Assembly (NCBI RefSeq): GCF_006345805.1
Contig: NC_043021.1
Location: 5,146,001-5,210,000 of the forward strand
Direction of reading: 5' to 3'
DNA: 64,000 bases
Source: Octopus sinensis
Lineage: Eukaryota
In this document: positions 50,693-62,600 of the stretch, piece after piece
How the letters are laid out: every line of letters begins with the position of its first letter
How positions within the stretch are numbered: the first letter of the stretch is position 1
Position numbers and translations under genes: made by a program
Notes under the pieces: generated by a model
The model's input: only the letters and a program-made list of their open reading frames with translations
Databases searched by the model: none
Told to the model about the DNA's origin: nothing

Positions 50693-53600
50693 ATGAAGGA
50701 TAAAATTTTTTTCAAAGAAAATATATTCCTTTTCAAAAAAAATTTTATCAATGGCCAGCATATCAAAAAATACCTTTAAAGGTTAAATCTATAAACAATT
50801 CATAATTAAGGGCAAACGAAAAAATTTCTAATGCCAATTTCTAATTGGACATATTGGAATTATATATATATATATATATATATAGTTCAGCAAAATTTAG
50901 ATTCAAATGAATATGGTACTTAAGTCAAAGGCACCAGAATTTTGTATGGTATTATCCATATAAATCAAATGGGGTGATTATAATCAAAATAAGCAACAAG
51001 TATATCTGAGGTAATGTGAGAGAGTAGATTTAATATTATTTCGCGTGCCGGTAGCACATAAGCACCATCCAAACGTGGTCAATGCCTGACTGGCTCCCAT
51101 GCTGGTGGCATGTAAAAAGCACCATCCAAACGTGGTCGATGCCAGGTCCGTCTGACTGGCTCCCATGCCAGTGGCATGTAAAAGGGACCAACCAATCATA
51201 ACTGATGCCAGTACCCCCCTGACTGGCTCCTATGTTGGTGGCACGTAAATAGCACCATCCAAATGTGGTCGATGCCAGGTCCTTCTGACTGGCTCCCATG
51301 CCAGTGACATGTAAAAGGGACCAATCAATCATAACTGATGCCAGTACCCCCTGACTGGCTCCTATGCTGGTGGCACGTAATAGCACCATCCAAATGTGGT
51401 CGATGCCAGGTCCTTCTGACTGGCTCCCATGCCAGTGACATGTAAAAGGGACCAATCAATCATAACTGATGCCAGTACCCCCTGACTGGCTCCTATGCTG
51501 GTGGCACGTAAATAGCACCATCTGAATGTGATCTTTATGTCTCTGTAACTTATCAGTTCAGCAAAAGAAATTGATGGGATAAGTATCCGACTTTAAAAAA
51601 CAAGAACTGGGGTTGATTTGTTTGACCGAACCCTTCAAAGCTGTGCTCCAGCATGGTCACAGACTAATGGCTGAAATTATGAAAAGATGAAATATACAGG
51701 TGGGTGGTATGTGTGGCGTGCAAAAATTTTGATTCAACATACCTGAGAGCGGAGCCGAAACTGTGATTACTTTTGTTGCAGCACCCCCGTTGCTTCCAGA
51801 AATTGTGCTTGGCATTTTACCGACCATGGAACTGGCCAGTTTCACCGACGGCTGCATGGCAAGTCTTTGAATCAACATGGAAGAGTTATTCGCCATCTTG
51901 TTGGTGTTATTGCAGACAATCTTACCTGCCTGGCTGGCGCTGGACACCACTTTTGTCATCAGAGAATTACCAGCCTTGCTACCTGTGGCATTCAGCATCA
52001 GATTCTTCATAGTGGAGGTTGCTTGGCAGGAGGAAGAGACCACACCTGAGGGTTTCTCACCTGCCGAAGCAACACTGCTACTGCTACTACTACTACAACT
52101 ACTACTACTACTGCTGCTGGGCCACGATACTTTTACAATGCCTGGCGTTGTGGAAGAGTCTAAACTACTACTACTACTACTACTAACACTACTACTATTA
52201 CTACTACAACTACTACTACTGTTGTTATTGTTGCTGCCAGTGCCCTTGGTTTTCGTAACCAAGGCTTCTGGCTTTGTAGAAGTTGACGAGGTCCTATAGT
52301 TGTTCTCTACAATGTCCATGTCACCGTTCAGTGTGGTGGAGAGGTTGTTGTTGCTGCTGTTGTTGTTGTTGAGTAATGAAACTGTTGCCAGTGGAGGTGA
52401 CGACTTCACATCCAGGAGCTGGCTGTCACCGCTGCAGTAGGGGGTCGCAGCGGCCAGTAAGTCAGGAGACACCAGGCACGTGCTGCTGGTGGCGGCGGTG
52501 GAGGTGGAGGTGGTGGAGGTGGTGGTGGTGGATGCGGTGGTGATGCATGTAGGAACAATCAGAGAATGCAAAGAGTTTCTCTCGACCGCGGCGAATGCAC
52601 TCTGCTGTGCAGTCAACGCGCCGCTCGTCGTTGTGGGCGTTGTTGTTTCAGCTGTCGTCGACGTCGACGGGAGGGGTGAGATGGAAGTGGAAGATGACAA
52701 TGAAGCAGTAGTAGTAGTAGTAGTGGTAGTAGTAGTAGTAGAAGTAGAAGAAGAAGTAGTAGTGGTGGTGGTGGTGGTGTTGGTAGCGGTGGTCACCGAT
52801 AGTTTGTCTGTTTCAGTTATGCAGTTGATACCTGCAACGCCATGCACAGCTAGGCTGCTGCTGTTGTTGTTGTTGTCACCAGAGCTGATGCCTCCTGCCA
52901 TGCATGTCGCTGTGCTCTGATGGCCAGGCAGCGCCTTGCTGTTGTCACCGTTCTTTGGGGAGTCATTGCTTTGTCTGTAGAGTTGCTTCTGAGCCAAATA
53001 CTTAGCGATACTGGTTTGCAAGGAGACCACGCTGGCCAGCCACTGGAAAAACGAGAGTAAGAAAAACAATAAGAAGTGGTATCGGGTGGTGATGATGATG
53101 ATGATGATAATGACGATGATGATATATGCAGATAATAGGCGCAAGAGTGGCTGTGTGGCTCCGGGTTCAGTCCCACTGCGTGGCACCTTGGGCAAGTGTC
53201 TTCTACTACAGCCTCGGGCCGACCAAAGCCTTGTGAGTGGATTTGGTAGACGGAAACTGAAAGAAGCCCGTCGTACATATGTATATATATATATATGTGT
53301 GTGTGTGTTTGTGTGTCTGTGTTTGTCTCCCTAGCATTGCTTGACAACCGATGCTGGTGTGTTTATGTCCCCGTCACTTAGCGGTTCGGCAAAAGAGACC
53401 GATAGAATAAGTACTGGGCTTTACAAAGAATAAGTCCAAGGGTCAAGTTGCTCGATTAAAGGCGGTGCTCCATCATGGCTGCAGTCAAAATGACTGAAAC
53501 AAGTAAAAGAGTAAAAAAAGAGAATAATGATGAGGGTAGTGATAATAATGGGGTCGACCCCTATGTTAGTGAGTGACTGAAACAAAAGCAAAATTCGAAG

Positions 53601-56600
53601 ACATAAAAGCAGAAACCAAATTGGAAACAATTCTATACAATTGCTAACATTATATATTTTATCTTTTATTTGTTTCAGACACTGGACTGTGGCCATGCTG
53701 GGGCGCCATGTTGAAGAACAAATCAACCCCAGGGATCTTTTCGGTTTGAACGGCAGTTTTTTAAAATAATTTCCACGTATACTGGTAGAATGTGTTTATA
53801 AAACATCTTTTTCTCTTGGCTTTATTGAGAAAATTCTATAGTTTGCAAGATATTTGTTGTTTTCTTTCTTCAGTTTCTGCAATTTCAACCAATCACTGAT
53901 GTCTATTGATGTAAAAAACATTCTGTGCCATATGAATATGTCCCTCGTTTAAGAAACAGATTGGGTTTATTTACATTTCTGAACGAAAAAAGATACCCTT
54001 CCCCCACCCCTAACCCTAAAACAGATTGAAATGCAATAGATCGATACTAGGGTCATAATTATGGGTGACATTTTCATATGACACCACTAGAAAAAACTGC
54101 CGTTCAAACCGAAAAGATCCAACCCCAGTACTTATCTTTTCTCTTTAACCCTTTAGTGTTCACATTATTCTGTCAAAAGTAATTCTTATCTATTCACGTT
54201 CTTTTGAATTAATCCTGCTTCATCCTCATCTTCACTGGGGTAGAGGTAATCGACTTAATCCGTTTGTCTGTCCTTGTTTGTCCCCTCTTTGTCTGCCGCT
54301 ACGTTCTGTGTTCACATTCTGCCGAGGTCGACTTTGCCTTTCATCCTTTCGGGGTCGATTAAATAAGTACCAGTTACGCACTGGGGTTGAGGTAATCGAC
54401 TTAATCCGTTTGTCCCCTCTTTGTCTGCCGCTACGTTCTGTGTTCACATTCTGCCGAGGTCAACTTTGCCTTTCATTCTTTCGGGGTCGATTAAATAAGT
54501 ACCAGTTATGCACTGGGGTCGACGTAATCGACTTAATCCGTTTGTCTGTCCTTGTTTGTCCCCTCTCTGTTTAGCCCCTTGTGGGTAGTAAAGAAATAAG
54601 TACCTCCACTAGTAACAATGACAATTAATAGCATTAGGTTAAACTCTGATTTCAAGGTGACAATAACAAACTGTAGAAGGATAACTCACCTCCTCTTGTT
54701 CTTCAATAGTTGCCTTCTGCTCAGCTGCACTCCCCGCGGGGTTGGATAGTAGGGAGCCTGTCTGTAGCTGTGAATTGCCTGCAAACAGGCCGTTTGTTGA
54801 AGCAGAATTGGATTTATTTAACATGGGCTGCATGGAGGCAATCAGTGCTGCCTCAGACGCACGTGGAAGCAAAGGAGGTGGATTCATATACAAGTCTTTG
54901 ATGGCTGAAGGAATCTGAAACAAACAAACAACACAGAATGGTTCACATGGAATAAGCTGAGAGGTAAGAGGTACAGGTGTGGATGCGTGGCCAAGAGGTT
55001 TGCATCCCAACCACTGTATGGTAAGTGTCTTTCACTATAGCTCTGGGTCAACCACAGCCTTGTGAGTGGGTTTGGTAGATGGAAACTGAAAGAAGTCCAT
55101 TGTATAAGTGTATGTGTGTGTGTTCTTGTGTTAACATTACAGGGTAGTTAACGAGGTGATGAAATATGATCTTTGGTTGCTGATGTCTCGTGGAGGCAAT
55201 GACAAGTGTCTGAGACTTCTGGCAATTTGCTGTGCTTGTGAAGACACATCAAGCTAAGTGAAATCGTTGTTGGGACCAGTACTGGTGACACGTGAAAGGC
55301 ATCTGTACTGGTGACATGTAGAAGACACACCTGGTAGTCTGTAGAGTGGTTGGTGTTAGGAAGGGCAACCAGCCATAGAAAGAAGAAGAAGAAGAAGAAG
55401 AAGAAGAAGAAGAAGAAGAAGAGAAGAAGAAGAAGAAGAAGAAGAAGAAGAAGAAGAAGGGGGAGGAGGAGGAGGAGGAGGCGACGACGACGACGACAAT
55501 GATAAGATAGAAAAGGGAGAGGTGAACTTACAGAAATAGATTTTCGCTTTGGATGCCGTATTTTTAACCGGAAAGGAGGTGATTGTCTGTGTACTTTTTT
55601 CAAGAAGTCAATTTTGACAGCATGCATGTTAATATGTCCTGTGAATTTCGCTCTGAGCTTAATCCGTTCTGAGAGGCTCACTGACTTTAGGAGTTTCTCG
55701 TCCTGTTAAGAGAAACAAAAATAATAAGTAGCCATTATTGATTTCAAATTTCGGTATTCGGTACAAGGCTAGCAATTTCTAGGGAAGGGGTACAGTCAAT
55801 TACATCAACATCAGTGTTGATGGTGATATAATGGTGTTGTTACTCACAATAAAATTTTCAGGATGATTGGGACACATCCATCGGCCCGTTGGAAGTGTAG
55901 TTAGTGGGGGATCCAGGCAATCCATATGAAATAGAAGCGAGCAGAAATCGCACTGTATAAGAGGGGCTCTCCGACAGCTCCTGGAGAAAAAGAAAAAAGA
56001 CCAAATCTCTGGAATTAAAACTCAGAAATAAACAAAGAAAAGGGATTTGCTAATATCTGTTCTTTTGTTTTCTTTTTTTAGTACTCTCTCTTTTACTCTT
56101 TTACTTGTTTCAGTCATTTGACTGCGGCCATGCTGGAGCACCACCTTTAGTCGAGCAACTCGACCCCGGGACTTATTCTTTTGTAAGCCCAGTACTTATT
56201 CTATCGGTCTCTTTTGCCGAACCGCTAAGTGATGGGGACGTAAACACACCAGCATCGGTTGTCAAGCAATGCTAGAGGGACAAACACAGACACACAAACA
56301 TACACACACATACAATATATATACATACATATATACGACAGGCTTCTTTCAGTTTCCGTCTGCCAAATCCACTCACAAGGCATTGGTCGGCCTGGGGCTA
56401 TAGCAGAAGACACTTGCCCAAGATGCCACGCAGTGGGACTGAACCCGGAACCATGTGGTTGGTTAGCAAGCTACTTACCACACAGCCACTCCTGCGCCTA
56501 GTATTTCTTTCTTTTTTTTTTTTTTTTTTTTTTTGCTAGTTGCTAATAGATTATTCTAAGACAGCTGCTAATAAATCAATGAAACGAAAACTGGGTATAC

Positions 56601-59600
56601 TAACTTATTACACATAAAACACAGCTTTGCAGGTAAGGGGACTAGACCATTATCCAATTCGTGAGGTAACTTCTTCGGTGGATTCCGGTTGTCTTTCAAC
56701 CATTTACGTTTACTGGTACCTACAAAAACAGAAACAAGCCCTTAAAAGAAGACATTCTCTACTATTTTCATGTAAGATTATGATGGTGGAACAAGCATTG
56801 AAAAAAAGCTGTGAAGAATTAAATTTGAAATTCACTTCCAGTTATCTAATTCTCCCATGTGGTCTAGCGATTAGGTTCAATTTCTGGCATGGGAATGTTC
56901 ATTACCATGCAAGCATGGAATAGTGTGCATAAAATAATGATGATTATGAAGCGCAAGTGAGACCATAACCTTGTGGCCTAGGCCAGAAGTGTAACCAGTC
57001 CACTTATGCATACCTATTTCTTTACTACCTACAAGGGGCCAAACACAGAGGGGACAAACGGATTAAGTCGATTATATCGACCCCAGTGCGTAACTGGTAC
57101 TTATTTAATCGACCCTGAAAGGATGAAAGGCAAAGTCGACCTCAGCGGAATTTGAACTCAGAACGTAGCGGCAGACGAAATACCAATAAGCATTTCGCCT
57201 GACGTGCTAACGATTCTGCCAGCTCGCCGCCCATTCCATTTATGCATACCTTTCCTTCATTGGATACTAAACTCTGCCTGCAAAGACCTGTTGAGGCAAG
57301 TGGAATCGAAATCGAAATCAAATTTGATGACTGGCATCCGTTGCTAGTGGAGCGCTAAGAGTACCATACAAGTAAGATCGTTGCCAGAGCAACAAGCTGG
57401 CCTCCGTGCCGATGGCACGTTAAAAACACCATTCAAGTGTGATCGCTACCTGTGTTGCCTTACTAGCACTTGTGCTGGTGGCATGTGAAAAACACATTCG
57501 AGCGAGGTCATTGCCAGTATCGCTGGACTGGCTCCTGTGCAGGTGGCACATAAAAAGCACCATTTGAGCGTGGCCATTGCCAGTACCACCTGACTGGCCC
57601 TCGTGCCAGTGGAACGTAAAAGCACCCACTACACTCTCAGAGTGGTTGGCATTTGGAAGGGCATCCAGCTGTAAAAACCATGCCAAAACTGACCTCACCT
57701 ACCTCAGTGCCATGTAAAAAGTACTCAGCCCACTCTGCAGAGTGGTTGGTGTTAGGAAGGACATCCAGCTGTGAAGACCATGCCAAAACAGACACAGAAG
57801 CATGGTGCAGGTTCCTACCTGACCAGTTCCTGTCAAACTGTCCAACCAATGCCAGCATGAAAGGCAGACATTAAACAATGGTGATGATGATGATGATGAT
57901 GATGACTGGATCAACTCTGTTACTTTTTCTCTTTTTTAAAGCCTGTCACTTATTCTATCAGCCTCTTTTGCTGAACTGCTAAGTTATGGGGGACATAACA
58001 CACCAGTCCCAAGTCAAACCATCTAACCCATGCCAGCATGGGTTGCAATGATGAAAATGATGATGATGATGATTATGATGATGATGATCAATAAATACTG
58101 CTGACAAAATTAGAAGTCTACACATAAATGAAAATTAATTAGCTTGATTAGTTTACCTGGAAGAGGTTCTGTACAAACTATCTCCTTTGGAAGCTCAAAC
58201 TGAGTTGGGTTGGTGAAGCGGGCAGCCTTAGCAAGCACAAGCAAAGGATGTAGCTGGTCTGTGTCCTCATTCATGTCCTCTTCCTCCTCTTCTTCAACTT
58301 CCATCTCGGTGACTCCATCTTTTGCAGAACGTTTCGCTTCAGACTGGAAGTGCAAAATAAAAAAAAAATTTTTTTTTAAATAAAAAATAGAATGGTAGAA
58401 TGATAACAAATAAGAATTAAAAATCGAAGACAGTAAAAACAGTTTCTATAATCAATAGTTTTAATTTTTGCTGTTTAAACCCATGTCAACTCTTTGATGA
58501 TCATTTTTTAAAGTTCATAAAAATAATAATAATGAAATTATTGTATACAGTGCTCAGGTGCACCACAACTTGTCAAAAGTGCATTATATCCTCTTGTGTT
58601 ATGCTTTGAGCAGCATCTACAATAGCACCCCCGAGGGAAACTTTACTTGAAAACTGCCATCCATCTTTTAGTTTCCATCTACCAAATCCACTCACAAGGC
58701 TTCAGGACATTCCACAGGTTCTGAATCGGGTTTAAGACAGGGAAACAAGGTGGCCATTCCATCAAATGACCTCCAGAGAAGCTTGTTTGCTGCTGGTATT
58801 CCTTAGAACCCTTCACTGCATGAGATGGGTTATTACATGAAGACCAGCTTTCTCTTGAATGATAGTTTTTTGCTTTTTGAAGTGATAATAATAATAATAA
58901 TAATAATTAAATTATTGTATACAGTGCTCAGGTGCACCACAACTTGTCAGAAAGTGCGTATAAAGTATATGCAGTAATGTACAAATGTCTGGAAAGCGAA
59001 CAGTCTACGAGTCAGATACATGCTTGTGTGTGTATGGAGGGGCAAAAATCAGGTGTAGTGTTGGCGAATCTCAGGAAGCATGGAAGTTTTGAAGGATGCA
59101 GTGTTCCGACAAATAACAAACTGAAGCCGGCAGTCTGTTCCATGCTTCAGCAACTCTTAGTGTGAAAAAATGTTTCCGAAAGTCATGGGAGCTGTGCTGT
59201 TTTCTGACTTTGCAAACATGTCCATGTGTGTTAGACGGGTGGAGTTTGAAAAGGTGCTCAGAGTTATTGTTTGTAAGATGGTTAATCATTTTATGGGTGT
59301 CTGCCAAGTCAGCTGCCAGACGTTGGAGTTTCAATCTGTCCATGTCCAGGGAAGTAAGGCGTTCAGAATATGGCAAATGCCTGATGGAGGGTATTCTCTT
59401 GGTTGCACGTCGCTGAACGGCAGAGGCAATATTCATGGTTTTTGTAAACTTTTCTAAATAATATATTTTTACAGGAGGAAAAGAAATAAAACAAACATTA
59501 AAAGTATAAAAGATTAAATTATCGTGTAAAAAAGGCCATTACTACCTCACCAAAGAAACGCAGAAAAAGAAAAAGAAAATGTGGGGAGAGGAATTAAGGA

Positions 59601-62600
59601 GCAGAAGATGGGGAGGGGGAGAGAGGAAGTAATGGGCTGCACATCTCAGAACATTGCCTGACCAATACATTACAATAAAATAAAATGCTTATGAGTTGTA
59701 GTGAGGATGACTCCCTCAAACCACTGGGTGTTAAAACACCAGTCTATGACTTTCAGGCAAAAGTCAATAATGTTTAAAACACCAGCACCGCTTCTAATTC
59801 ATAATTGAACGAACATACATACGTACATACAAACATATGTGCTTGCATGCATATATACATACATATAATGGGCTTCTTTCAGTTTCTGTAACGCAAATTC
59901 ACTCACAAGACTTTAGTGGCTTAATGGCGTGTTCTACTAAATATATATATTTAGGGATCTTTTCGGTTTGAACGGCAGTTTTTTCTAATGGTGTCATATG
60001 AAATTGTCACCCATAATTATGACCCTAGTATCGATCTATTGCATTTCAATCTATTTTAGGGTTAGGGTTAGTTAGGGTTAGGGTTAGGGGGAAGGGTATC
60101 TTTTTTTCTTCACAAATGTAAATAAACCCAATCTGTTTCTTAAACGAGGGACATATTCATACGGCACAGAATGTTTTTTACCTCTATAGTGTCAGTGATT
60201 GGTTGTTCAAACCAAAAAGATCCATATTTAGTAGAAGGCACTTGCCCAAGGCACCATGCAGTGGGCACCATAGGCAAGTGTCTTCTACTAAATATATATA
60301 TATATAAGGTTGACAAAAACTTCCTCTCAAGATTTAGCATTGAATAACTCACCTCAGCAGCTAATAAGGTGCAACGGCGACAAACCCACTCTCCAGATGG
60401 TACGTCATCTTCTGTTAAAGGGGGATCACTGAAAAAGAAGGTGTCAGAACAAGTAGTTAGCAAGCTATTCAAAATATATTTTAACAAGCAGCTAAGCCCG
60501 GTTTCACCCGGTCTGTTTGGATGATGTGGTTGTGATCGTTTTCGGTTAGGCATAATCTATAACAGCGTTTGTCAACCTTATCATTTCGGGTCCCCTGTTT
60601 TGATTGGAGCCTCCAGTAATATGAAAATTTCCTGACTCCCCAACCCCTTTGTCAGAAAACAGCTTCAGGAGTTGTGAAGAACGAATTTGTACATAGTCTG
60701 TTTCTGAGGGCTATTCTATTGGACTTCTGTCTAATCATCAAAACATTGATTTAATTATGAACATAGAAAGAAATAAAACATTAATCCCTATTTTTGTAAG
60801 CAGTTGTCAGAAGATATATGAAATGGATGTGTGTGTGTTCGTGTGTGTGTGTGTTCGTGTGTGTGTGTGCATGCATGTGCGCTTGCGCGTGTGAATGTGA
60901 GAGAGAAAGAGGGTGAGAAAGAGAGATAGAGTGAGTGAGTGAAAGTCTGTGTCATGATCACTGATGCCTTTTAAGGTACACGCACATACATAGAAAATGT
61001 GAGGTCATCGTATAAAATTTATATGATAGTTGATTTATGGAAAAGATTATGTTAAATTTTTGAAATGAAAATATGTGAATGAAAATTCAGACCTCTACAT
61101 GGTAGCTAGACTTGGTAGAAATAGCAGCCAAATCTCCCTCAAAACACCCTACTGTCTTAATCCGACAATTCTGCCTATTATGTAATTTGAATGAGAAACT
61201 GTAATTAAAATTAAGATTATTAACCCCAAAAGAAGAGAGACAGCAGAGTGAAAGTTTGGGCTGAGTGTCATCCTGTACTCTCCTTGTTGCTAGTGAAATG
61301 GTATATGCCGGCTGTGTGAGCAACTGGTTGTTTTAATGGCGGAATTCCAGGGGAATTCCATTAGAAAAAAATAAAAACCGCATTCCAATCTATGCATCCT
61401 TCTCCACATGTGTGCCATTTTTCTTGCGAATCCACCCAGCCATTTGGCTGTGAACCTCAAGACAAGAAAGAATACAACAATCGCCCATGTCCAATTTATA
61501 TTATAAAGAAACATAATATTGAATATTGGAGTGGTTGGCGTTAGGAAGGGCATCCAGCCGTAGAAACACTGCCAGATCTGACTGGGCCTGATGAAGCCTT
61601 CCAGCTTCACAGACCCCAGTTGAACCGTCCAACCCATGCTAGCATGGAAAGCAGACGCTAAATGATGATGATGATGATGATGATGTATTAACAACAGAGG
61701 CAATATTAATACTGTGCAGTAATATTTATCCCAACTTAAACGTGGCTGTTTTGTTAGTAGAACAAACTAAATTGCAGTGGATACCATGAGAGAAACTCTG
61801 AGACCAACAGCCAATATGAGAGGTTCTCTCATGATAGCTGCTTCAGTTTAGTTTGTTCTAACAGAACATCCACATTTAAGTGGGGAGAAATATAACATCC
61901 CAAATGAATATTAACCCTTTTGTTACTAACCCGGCCAAAACCAGCTCTGGCTTTGTAGTACAAATGTCTTGTTTTCATAAGTTTTGCATTAAAATCTTCC
62001 ATCAAACCTTAGTCGCAATTAATGTTCCTAACACTAGCTGAACGATAACTAAGTTATTTTACTAAATTCTTTGTTATATTTAAAATAATTGAAAGAAACA
62101 CAGAGCATCTCAAAATAAATCCAGTAACGAAAGGGTTAACTGATAGTACAGCTTTTTTATTTTTTACTTCTTTAAGTGACTGAATTGTGGCCATGCTGGG
62201 GCACTGACTTGAAGGGTTTAGTAAAACAAATTGATCCCAGTACTTATTTTATTTCTAAGTCTGATACTTATTCTGTTGATCACTTTTGCTGAACTGCTAA
62301 GTTACAGAGATGTAAATAAACCAATACCAGTTTTCATAAAGTGGTGCACACAAACACACGAATAACAACTGATGAGAAATGGGACCGAAGGGGACAGCAC
62401 AACCATGGGGACAATGGAAACAATCGATATACTTACTGACATTGCAAATGAAAGGCAGCTGGACATCGGTCACAGCAAAGTAGATCACCACCTTCTTTAC
62501 AGCTATCACAACAATCATGGTTGACAGTACGTCCAGGGCGTCGATACTCTCTCACCGGTCTTTTGGGTTTTCTGGAAGGATCTTCAGAGGTTGGTGGAGC

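Noticed and set aside
51877-52920. Plus-strand poly-Leu and poly-Val ORFs
   Set aside because: Antisense shadows of the Ser/Thr-rich PHF12 exon.
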